A stretch of DNA of 13,632 nt from a virus. Lineage: Duplodnaviria; Heunggongvirae; Uroviricota; Caudoviricetes. A model generated the notes under the pieces. That model worked only from the letters and a program-made list of their open reading frames with translations. It had not been told where the DNA came from and did no database searches. The translations under genes and the position numbers were made by a program. The stretch is from the IMG/VR virus record IMGVR_UViG_2663763282_000004; one strand, given 5' to 3'. Positions 1 to 6,518 of this stretch are shown here, one piece after another. Each line of letters starts with the position of its first letter. Position 1 is the first letter of the stretch.

Positions 1-1
1 C

Positions 2-430
<429 letters not shown>

Positions 431-460
431 CTCGGTGGCCAGTTTTTGTTGACCACTTCA
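431..460 (+). repeat. IS terminal inverted repeat (right end)
   Basis: ctcggtggccagtttttgttgaccacttca directly after the OrfB stop; ends in CA. Confidence 0.55.
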
Positions 461-559
461 CTGAAATGCTTCTTCTGCGGCTGCGTTCTGGTTCATGACC
501 AGTTTGTAAATCTCTAACTGGAATTTCTGTTCTTCAGTCATGGGAATAATCTCTGCCAT
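458..559 (-). pseudogene. ORF truncated by the IS insertion (33 codons; stop codon TGA is formed by the last 3 nt of the IS terminus)
   Basis: Minus strand: GGAG RBS 8 nt upstream of ATG at 559; MAEIIPMTEEQKFQLEIYKLVMNQNAAAEEAFQ then TGA = complement of IS end TCA (458-460). Confidence 0.4.
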
Positions 560-807
560 TGTTGGCTCCGTTTATCCGTTAAAAGGGATATCAGTTAAGT
601 TATCCCGTGTAGGGTATAAGCCATTGTCGAGACCACTCATTGAATGGTCTCTGCAATAACCGATGTCTTTCCATCAGTCCGCCACCACAAAGAATCTTTT
701 TTTGCCATAAGGCAGGAGGTTCATCTTTCAGTGGCTGCCAGTGTTATTTCCCCACTTACTGGCTTGGGTTGTTTCGCTGTACTGCCGTTAATTAGTGAGT
801 CCGGGGA

Positions 808-1293
808 TTATTTCAGTTCGTTACCAGGCATTTCTTTTAGCTCTTTCAAATGACAACGATTGAGGCTAAACCACTCCCCGTGCGACCTATAGTTGTAATA
901 TTTTTGGTGCAATTTGGTTTCAAGCTCTCTATCGGCCGGAATCTTTGCAATTAGATTTAGCTTCCCACCACTCATGCGAGATATCTCTGAAATTCGTTTA
1001 TTAACCCTGCGACTAAACCCTATTTTTGTTAGCCCACTATCTTCAGCATGCAGAACGTACACATATGATTTTTGCGAAGCACTGGGTGCGACTTTGTTGT
1101 AATTAATCATGTCAAACATAAAGCCTTGCTTTAGCAAAGTTTCAAAAAAGATAGAATTAACACACCCATTCCTTCTCAGCTCTGCACTTAGCTTGTCAAT
1201 TTCCTCTATGATGTCGCCAGACCCCTTTCCACTTATAAGAAAATCTTGGTACATGCGACCAATTCTTGAGGTAATTTCAACAAAGTTATTCAT
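808..1293 (-). CDS. Cargo protein with C-terminal T5orf172 (GIY-YIG-like, MUG113-type) domain; N-terminal ~75 aa unassigned
   Basis: 161-aa ORF, AGGT RBS upstream of ATG 1293; C-terminal motif series YVYVL...KIGFS...RISEISR...ELETKLHQKY...GEWFSL matches the T5orf172 pattern; locus visibly AT-rich relative to neighbours. Confidence 0.7.
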   Translation of the reverse strand: MNNFVEITSRIGRMYQDFLISGKGSGDIIEEIDKLSAELRRNGCVNSIFFETLLKQGFMFDMINYNKVAPSASQKSYVYVLHAEDSGLTKIGFSRRVNKRISEISRMSGGKLNLIAKIPADRELETKLHQKYYNYRSHGEWFSLNRCHLKELKEMPGNELK

Positions 1294-1438
1294 AGCGTTT
1301 ACCTTTTAGAAAGATGAGCCTGTTCGCACAGAAAAGCCGCCCCCGAGATGGTCGCCACCATATACGGCAATTCTCAGGCTCAGCTTTCTGAAAGACTCGG
1401 GATTGTTACGCGCTGCGATGCGCGGTTTACTGCAGATG

Positions 1439-1463
1439 TAAAAAAGCCCCGCAAATGCGAGGC
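1439..1463 (-). terminator. Rho-independent terminator downstream of lysis cassette
   Basis: Minus strand gcctcgc-attt-gcggggc (7-bp stem with one G.U, 4-nt loop) followed by TTTTT. Confidence 0.6.
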
Positions 1464-1637
1464 TAAATCCTGGTATTTGTAATGACTGGCTCTTATCTCA
1501 ACGCAGCCCCTTACCGCGCGCCAGATGCTCAATATCAAGCATCAGCAATGAGATGTTTAATCTGGATTCACTCCAGAAGTGATCATCACCCTGTCTACAG
1601 AGCCAGATGTGAAGGATGATGAGTAAAATTATCGCTA

Positions 1638-2075
1638 TCATCGAAGGCATTGCGTCCTGATGTACTCCTGCAGGTAGTTAACCTGCGCGGTTATCCTGTC
1701 GATTCCGCTTCGTAGACGGTAATAATTGAGTTCAGCATCTGCTGTAAGTCTTGGGCTTTCTCCATCGCCCATGCTGCTGGCTCCGGTCGTTGACTTTGCA
1801 CAGGTGGCGGCGACTTGCAGGCGCTTACGCCCAGCAGAAACATCAGCACGGAGACTTTCGATAGTCGCGTTAGCATCAGCAAGCTCCTTTGTATATCTGG
1901 CATCGAGTTCTGCTACATCACGTTGACGCTTCTGCATGTCAGCAATTGTGGATGCGGCCTTATCGCGCTGCTCTTTGTAGGCGATGGCGTTATCACGGTA
2001 GTGATTAACAGCCCATGACAGGCAAACGATGATGCAGATAACCAGAGCGGAGATAATCGCGGTTACTTTGCTCAT
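1638..2075 (-). CDS. Rz: Spanin inner-membrane subunit Rz (lambda Rz-like)
   Basis: 145 aa; N-terminal [30 protein letters not shown] closely resembles lambda Rz; start overlaps the R stop. Confidence 0.9.
   Translation of the reverse strand: MSKVTAIISALVICIIVCLSWAVNHYRDNAIAYKEQRDKAASTIADMQKRQRDVAELDARYTKELADANATIESLRADVSAGRKRLQVAATCAKSTTGASSMGDGESPRLTADAELNYYRLRSGIDRITAQVNYLQEYIRTQCLR
1691..1876 (-). CDS. Rz1: Spanin outer-membrane lipoprotein Rz1, embedded in +1 frame within Rz
   Basis: Embedded ORF with signal peptide [20 protein letters not shown] (lipobox VSAC) then proline-rich segment [10 protein letters not shown], as in lambda Rz1; start chosen at the internal Met of the 70-aa track ORF. 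Confidence 0.7.
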   Translation of the reverse strand: MLTRLSKVSVLMFLLGVSACKSPPPVQSQRPEPAAWAMEKAQDLQQMLNSIITVYEAESTG

Positions 2076-2548
2076 ACCTCAATCTCTCTGACCGTTCCGC
2101 CTGCCTCTTTGAATTTTGCAATCAGGCTGTCAGCCTTATGCTCGAACTGACCATAACCAGCGCCAGGCAGTGAAGCCCAGATATTGCTGCAACGGTCGAT
2201 AGCCTGACGAATATCACCGCGATCAATCATCGGTAAAGCGCCACGCTCTTTAATCTGTTGCAGTGCCACAGCGTCCTGGCTTTTCGGAGAGAAGTCTTTC
2301 AGGCCAAGCTGCTTACGGTAGGCATCCCACCAACGGGAAAGAAGCTGGTAGCGTCCGGCGGCTGTTGATTTGAGTTTCGGATTTAGCGTGACAAGTTTGC
2401 GAGGGTGATCAGAGTAATCAGTGAATAGCTCTCCGCCAACAATGACGTCATAACCATGATTTCTGGTTTTTTGACGTCCGTTATCAGTTCCCTCTGACCA
2501 CGCCAGCATATCGAGGAACGCCTTACGTTGATTATTGATTTCCACCAT
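2072..2548 (-). CDS. R: Endolysin R (lambda-type lytic transglycosylase)
   Basis: 158 aa, [49 protein letters not shown]... near-identical to lambda R from memory. Confidence 0.95.
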   Translation of the reverse strand: MVEINNQRKAFLDMLAWSEGTDNGRQKTRNHGYDVIVGGELFTDYSDHPRKLVTLNPKLKSTAAGRYQLLSRWWDAYRKQLGLKDFSPKSQDAVALQQIKERGALPMIDRGDIRQAIDRCSNIWASLPGAGYGQFEHKADSLIAKFKEAGGTVREIEV

Positions 2549-2855
2549 CTTCTACTCCGGCTTTTTTAGCAGCGAAGCGTTTGATAAGCGAACCAATCGA
2601 GTCAGTACCGATGTAGCCGATAAACACGCTCGTTATATAAGCGAGATTGCTACTTAGTCCGGCGAAGTCGAGAAGGTCACGAATGAACCAGGCGATAATG
2701 GCGCACATCGTTGCGTCGATTACTGTTTTTGTAAACGCACCGCCATTATATCTGCCGCGAAGGTACGCCATTGCAAACGCAAGGATTGCCCCGATGCCTT
2801 GTTCCTTTGCCGCGAGAATGGCGGCTAACAGGTCATTTTTTTCTGGCATCTTCAT
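2532..2855 (-). CDS. S: Holin S (lambda S107/S105 dual-start holin)
   Basis: 107 aa beginning MKMPEK (Met1-Lys2-Met3 dual-start motif), with [19 protein letters not shown]...; upstream cccc/gggg hairpin (2862-2875) resembles the lambda sdi structure. Confidence 0.95.
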   Translation of the reverse strand: MKMPEKNDLLAAILAAKEQGIGAILAFAMAYLRGRYNGGAFTKTVIDATMCAIIAWFIRDLLDFAGLSSNLAYITSVFIGYIGTDSIGSLIKRFAAKKAGVEDGGNQ

Positions 2856-2980
2856 GTCTTACCCCCAATAAGGGGATTTGCTCTATTTAATTAGGAATAT
2901 GGTCGGTTACTGATAGAACAAATCCAGGCTACTGTGTTGAGTAATCAGATTTGTTCGTGACCGATATGCACGGGCAAAAC

Positions 2981-3010
2981 GGCAGGAGGTTGTTAGCGCG
3001 ACCTCCTGCC
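2981..3010 (-). other. Perfect 9-bp stem hairpin (ggcaggagg / cctcctgcc, 12-nt loop), possible tR'-like terminator or RNA processing element
   Basis: Inverted repeat seen directly; on the minus strand it is followed by GTTTTG (weak T-run). Confidence 0.3.
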
Positions 3011-3097
3011 ACCCACTTTCACGAAGGTCATGTGTAGAAGGCCGCAGCGTAACTATCACTGATGAATTCAGGATAGCCAGTGGCTACGGCTCAGTTA

Positions 3098-3173
3098 TGG
3101 TGCTGGTTAACGGACTTGAACCGCTACCCATTCGCTTACAAGGCGACTGCTCTACCATTGGAGCTAAACCAGC
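3098..3173 (-). tRNA. tRNA-Thr (anticodon UGU), phage-encoded
   Basis: Manual fold of minus strand: perfect 7-bp acceptor stem GCTGGTT/AACCAGC, D-arm GCTC-CAATGGTA-GAGC, anticodon loop CTTGTAA, T-arm AGCGG-TTCAAGT-CCGTT, discriminator A, encoded CCA. One G-A mismatch at the base of the anticodon stem. Confidence 0.65.
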
Positions 3174-3178
3174 ATGTT

Positions 3179-3253
3179 TGGCGGGACAGCGTGGACTCGA
3201 ACCACGATAAGAAGGTTAACAGCCTTCCGTAATGACCTTTATACGACTGACCC
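3179..3253 (-). tRNA. tRNA-Asn (anticodon GUU), phage-encoded, slightly non-canonical
   Basis: Manual fold: acceptor GGGTCAG/CTGTCCC (one U-U mismatch at 4:68), anticodon arm GAAGG-CTGTTAA-CCTTC, T-arm CGTGG-TTCGAGT-CCACG, encoded CCA; 5 nt from the Thr tRNA. Confidence 0.5.
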
Positions 3254-3316
3254 AAATAAAAAAAGCCACCGTTGCAACTTAAGAGTCACTAACGGCAGCT
3301 TACCCTCTAATTATGG

Positions 3317-3835
3317 CTAAATGGCTAATTGCATGTCAAGGCTTTTAACGGCAACATGCTTAACTTTCTCAACACGTTTACGCATTTTGAAAGCATTTTG
3401 CATTGGTTGGTACAAAACAAATAACGACGCTTTCAGGATGTCGTCAATTTCATTTCTACAGGTTGCCAGTGAAGGTTTTCTCCATCCCTCACCACCACGC
3501 CCACACATCTTGCGTGGCTTTGCAGTCGCGTGATAGTAGGATGCAATTGCTCGCTTAGATGAACCATGAGCGTAGTAGCTGAGGAGGATGCCAAAGGCTT
3601 TCTTGTCAATGTACATGACGGAATCGACGACCTGAGAAATCAACATTCCATCATCATCATTACACATTGGCCTTGTCATAACTCTTCCCGGCTCTACGCT
3701 CTCCATGAACTTCGCTATTACGCTGCTCATGCGCTTTTCCAGGCGACCTGAGTAAACCCATGCACCCCACAGTTCAAGCCAGCCATTCAGCCAATCGTGC
3801 TGTTCTTTGGTGAGGTTTAGTTCTCTTATGCTCAT
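3317..3835 (-). CDS. Putative late-gene antiterminator Q (non-lambda Q type), assigned mainly by synteny
   Basis: 172-aa ORF located between ninH and the tRNA/lysis block, start overlapping the ninH stop; I do not recognise the sequence with certainty as a specific Q family. Confidence 0.5.
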   Translation of the reverse strand: MSIRELNLTKEQHDWLNGWLELWGAWVYSGRLEKRMSSVIAKFMESVEPGRVMTRPMCNDDDGMLISQVVDSVMYIDKKAFGILLSYYAHGSSKRAIASYYHATAKPRKMCGRGGEGWRKPSLATCRNEIDDILKASLFVLYQPMQNAFKMRKRVEKVKHVAVKSLDMQLAI

Positions 3836-4020
3836 CGTCTTCCCCTCTTGCCCTGTTTGACCATCAGGACGCCGTTAACTATTACGTGACGCTCGCCTTT
3901 GCTGTCTCGGTTGTACTTGAGCACTGTTCCTCTTGCGCAGGAAAGCATCCTCGCCACTTCGGTCTGATTTCCTCGTGTCTGGATAAGAAGCTCTGGTATC
4001 GTTTGAATTGTGGCGTTCAT
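3832..4020 (-). CDS. ninH: NinH-like small DNA-binding protein
   Basis: 62 aa; IPELLIQTRGNQTEVARMLSCARGTVLKYNRDSKGERHVIVNGVLMV resembles lambda NinH; start overlaps the rusA stop. Confidence 0.7.
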   Translation of the reverse strand: MNATIQTIPELLIQTRGNQTEVARMLSCARGTVLKYNRDSKGERHVIVNGVLMVKQGKRGRR

Positions 4021-4379
4021 ACGTTCTCCAGTTCGGTGATTTTTATTCCAAGCCGTCCGCCTGGTACTTTCACACCACGAATTACGCGAATGTCATCGAA
4101 TTGCTCGTCGTCTTCCGCAAATCCGGCGTGGATAAGGGAATCGAGTAAACCTTTCAGGATGTTATCGAGGTCGCGGCGGCGGGAGTCTGGAACGTCTGCG
4201 ATGACTTTGATGCGGAGTCGTGATTTGGTGAAAATGTCTAACTTGAGTTGGCGGATGATTTTCTGAACGTCTTTTCGGTATTTCTGGCCTTTATCGCTGA
4301 TGTAGTATTGGCTTCCCCGTCTTCGCCAGTAGGTGTTCACCGACGGCGGGTATGGAAGCACAAACTGATATTCGTTCAT
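4017..4379 (-). CDS. rusA: Holliday-junction resolvase RusA
   Basis: 120 aa; LPYPPSVNTYW...RRRDLDNILKGLLDSL...GGRL motifs match the RusA family (catalytic acidic residues present). Confidence 0.9.
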   Translation of the reverse strand: MNEYQFVLPYPPSVNTYWRRRGSQYYISDKGQKYRKDVQKIIRQLKLDIFTKSRLRIKVIADVPDSRRRDLDNILKGLLDSLIHAGFAEDDEQFDDIRVIRGVKVPGGRLGIKITELENV

Positions 4380-4666
4380 GGCTTAATCTTCCCCTCCTTC
4401 AGCAGTATCGCCTGCGTCCTGATCACGCCTTCGAGGTGGTAAAGTCTGGCGTCTTTGTTGTCGAGATTATGGGTGCGTCGGTCGATTTCATCGTGACACG
4501 CGCTACAAGCCCATGCGCCGATCAGGTCGTCAGGCTTCATTCCCGTTCCGCAAATTCCAGCCATCCGGTAATGTGCCAGAACTGTAGTTTCAGGATTGCC
4601 ATTGCATACGCCGTAAATACGCACCTGACATTCTCTTCCGCGCGCTTCTTTGCGTAGATTAGCCAT
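4376..4666 (-). CDS. YbcO-like (DUF1364) nin-region protein, putative nuclease
   Basis: Internal start MANLRKEARGRECQVRIYGVCNGNPETTVLAH...ACSACHDEIDRRTH resembles E. coli DLP12 YbcO; start taken at the Met overlapping the upstream gene stop (ATGGCTAA). Confidence 0.7.
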   Translation of the reverse strand: MANLRKEARGRECQVRIYGVCNGNPETTVLAHYRMAGICGTGMKPDDLIGAWACSACHDEIDRRTHNLDNKDARLYHLEGVIRTQAILLKEGKIKP

Positions 4667-4964
4667 TTGCCAGCTCCTTCTGTTGCTCATCTTCGTGAGA
4701 GAAGTCTTCTCCGTCGATTGGCATGAGTTCATCACTGTAAAAATAAGAGAAACCACCTGAAGGCTCGTTTGTATAAATCGATACATCGCCTTTAACTAGC
4801 CACCCAGGGGTGTCATCACGCCAACTATGCTTACCTGCACCAGGAAAATTAAATACATATCCGTTTGTTACTTTTTCGATTAACTCAACGCATCTGCCAA
4901 TTTCGGGTTTGTTTTCTGAAAAAATGACTATTGCGATGCCACCTGCGCGTAACTCACTCATCAT
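4659..4964 (-). CDS. Hypothetical nin-region protein (101 aa)
   Basis: ORF with GGAGGA RBS; start (ATGATG) overlaps the stop of the upstream zinc-ribbon ORF; no family recognised. Confidence 0.55.
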   Translation of the reverse strand: MMSELRAGGIAIVIFSENKPEIGRCVELIEKVTNGYVFNFPGAGKHSWRDDTPGWLVKGDVSIYTNEPSGGFSYFYSDELMPIDGEDFSHEDEQQKELANG

Positions 4965-5127
4965 CTTCCTCCAGCATTTGTCCGTTAGGGTCTGCCATTA
5001 ACTCTGCGCAGCAGTGCTCACACACGTGAACTTCCAGCACATGCAGCTTCTGACCGCAGTTAGCGCACGTTAAAGCTCGCTCGACGCTTTCTTTCTGGTA
5101 TTGAAGGGATTGGGATGGGCTAAGCAT
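4954..5127 (-). CDS. NinF-like small zinc-ribbon protein (57 aa); not in supplied ORF track
   Basis: Minus-strand ORF MLSPSQSLQYQKESVERALTCANCGQKLHVLEVHVCEHCCAELMADPNGQMLEEDDE with CxxC...CxxCC; start ATG overlaps the upstream stop (TAATG). Confidence 0.55.
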   Translation of the reverse strand: MLSPSQSLQYQKESVERALTCANCGQKLHVLEVHVCEHCCAELMADPNGQMLEEDDE

Positions 5128-5486
5128 TATTGGATTCTCTGCATCATGAGAAAGACAATCATGGCGGCGCGAAGGGGATTTTCATGTATAGCTCGCTTAG
5201 ATTTACGGTAGGTCACACCGCGTGCACCCCACTCGTCTTCATCGAGATTGATAATGCTAATCCTGTATTTTTCAATAATCGGCCATGCGTCTGCTGGGTT
5301 TGCGCATGGGTTAAAGGATCCGCGCTCAACCTCTACTTCAACTGCGTCTCCGTTTACAATGTCTCCCTCAAATGAGATAAACACCATCGCGCCATTCTTA
5401 CCTTCTTTGTAATCCGGTGATCCGTTATGAATGGCTTCGAATACCGCCACGTTAATTTCAAAATCACTTAACTGTGAATAATCCAT
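5127..5486 (-). CDS. NinX-like nin-region protein
   Basis: Track ORF 5127..5528 (non-ATG start); I prefer ATG at 5486 (MDYSQLSDFEINVAVFEA...) preceded by a GAGG RBS; resemblance to P22-type NinX is from memory only. Confidence 0.5.
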   Translation of the reverse strand: MDYSQLSDFEINVAVFEAIHNGSPDYKEGKNGAMVFISFEGDIVNGDAVEVEVERGSFNPCANPADAWPIIEKYRISIINLDEDEWGARGVTYRKSKRAIHENPLRAAMIVFLMMQRIQ

Positions 5487-5631
5487 TGTCATTTCCTCGC
5501 ACGATTTCTTAGCCACCGGATATCCCACAGGTGAGCCGTGTAGTTGAAGGTTTTTACGTCAGATTCTTTTGGGATTGGCTTGCGTTTATTTCTGGAGCGC
5601 TTCGTTGGAAGGTATTTGCAGTTTTCGCAGA

Positions 5632-5805
5632 TTATGTCGGTGATACTTCGTCGCTGTCTCGCCACACGTCCTCCTTTTCCTGCGGTAGTGGTAACACCCC
5701 TGTTGGTGTTCTTTCACACCGGAGACACCATCGATTCCAGTAAGGTTGATTTGGTCGGAAGCGGTTATCTTCTTTGCATTCACCGCACCGATAACATCGC
5801 ATCAT
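5632..5805 (-). CDS. NinD-like small zinc-finger protein (57 aa)
   Basis: [34 protein letters not shown]...; ATG overlaps the ninB stop (ATGATG/TGA), matching the ninB-ninD order in lambdoid nin regions. Confidence 0.55.
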   Translation of the reverse strand: MMRCYRCGECKEDNRFRPNQPYWNRWCLRCERTPTGVLPLPQEKEDVWRDSDEVSPT

Positions 5806-6242
5806 GCTGCCCTGTCTCCCCATCTTGCTTTCCACTCCAGAGCCAGTCGCGCTTCGTCTGACCACTTAACGCCACGCTCTGTACCGAATGCCTGTATAAG
5901 CTCTAATAACTCCGCAAATTCGCTTACACGCATCCTGCTGGTTGACTGGCCTATTACCACAAAGCCATTCCCGGCAAGGTTAGGAACAACGTCCTGCTGC
6001 TTTAATGCTGCGGTAAACACACACTTCCAGCTTTCTGCATCCAGCCAGCGACCATGCCATTCAACCTGACGAGAGACGTCACCAAGGCAAGCCCAAAGCT
6101 TCCGATTCTGGTCTAAGCTGCGGTTGCGCTCCTGAATGATCACTACGATTGGCTTGGTTGGGTCTGGAAGGATTTGCTGTACTGCGTGAATAGCGTTTTG
6201 CTGATGTGCTGGAGATCGAATTTCAAAGGTTAGTTTTTTCAT
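5802..6242 (-). CDS. ninB: NinB (Orf-family recombination mediator)
   Basis: 146 aa [34 protein letters not shown]... essentially lambda NinB from memory. Confidence 0.9.
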   Translation of the reverse strand: MKKLTFEIRSPAHQQNAIHAVQQILPDPTKPIVVIIQERNRSLDQNRKLWACLGDVSRQVEWHGRWLDAESWKCVFTAALKQQDVVPNLAGNGFVVIGQSTSRMRVSEFAELLELIQAFGTERGVKWSDEARLALEWKARWGDRAA

Positions 6243-6435
6243 GACTCCCCTCTCTAACAGATTTCAGGTTATTCCACTCCGTTACCGCACTGCGATAATT
6301 CGCGGCCGCCACAGCGGCATGGTTAGCGCAGTAGATTTGGCACCCGTTCTCCATGTCGAATATTGTCGGTGATTTTCCGCATTTACATTTTTTGGCATGC
6401 GGTGCGTCTGAACACATTCCGTTAACGGTGTCCAT
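6223..6435 (-). CDS. Small Cys-rich hypothetical protein (70 aa), possible zinc-binding
   Basis: GAGGGGG RBS 7-8 nt upstream of ATG; CKCGKSP...CQIYCANH cysteine pattern; 3' end overlaps the ninB start. Confidence 0.5.
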   Translation of the reverse strand: MDTVNGMCSDAPHAKKCKCGKSPTIFDMENGCQIYCANHAAVAAANYRSAVTEWNNLKSVREGSHEKTNL

Positions 6436-6460
6436 CAGAAGCCCCCTCGTTCTTAATCCA

Positions 6461-6490
6461 ATAAAAAAGGGCTACTGTGTAAATAGCCCC
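6461..6490 (-). terminator. Rho-independent terminator between helicase gene and nin region (tR2-like position)
   Basis: Minus strand gggcta-tttacacag-tagccc followed by TTTTTTATT. Confidence 0.55.
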
Positions 6491-6518
6491 TGTTATTATC
6501 TCAGTGATGTAGATGTCA

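Noticed and set aside
644-853. 69-aa plus-strand ORF (and shorter internal GTG-started hydrophobic peptide)
   Set aside because: No ATG with convincing RBS, overlaps the 3' end of the minus-strand cargo gene antisense, low-complexity composition; likely spurious.
914-1309. Plus-strand ORFs 914..1102 and 1109..1309
   Set aside because: Lie antisense within the T5orf172-domain gene, which has the better coding features.
1726-2018. Plus-strand ORFs 1726..1926 and 1815..2018
   Set aside because: Antisense to Rz/Rz1, which are confidently identified.
2647-2871. Plus-strand ORF antisense to holin S
   Set aside because: Holin S on the minus strand is confidently recognised; antisense frame is incidental.
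3011-3097. Possible third tRNA gene
   Set aside because: No T-arm (GTTCRANNC-type) motif and the segment between the acceptor-like ends is only ~50 nt; kept only as a tRNA-like remnant in findings.
3321-4266. Plus-strand ORFs 3321..3533, 3566..3751, 3886..4266
   Set aside because: Antisense to the Q-like, ninH and rusA genes.
4248-4786. Plus ORFs 4248..4442 and 4352..4657, and the long N-terminal extension of the 4376..4786 ORF
   Set aside because: Antisense or out-of-frame overlaps; the YbcO-like gene start was moved to the internal Met (4666) that overlaps the upstream stop codon.
5130-5375. Plus-strand ORF antisense to the NinX-like gene
   Set aside because: No RBS, antisense to a better-supported gene.
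5544-6069. ORFs 5544..5861 (+), 5586..5783 (-), 5746..6069 (+) and the long version of 5632..5865 (-)
   Set aside because: Overlap ninB/ninD-like coding regions in other frames; only the 57-aa zinc-finger frame starting at the ATG overlapping the ninB stop is supported.
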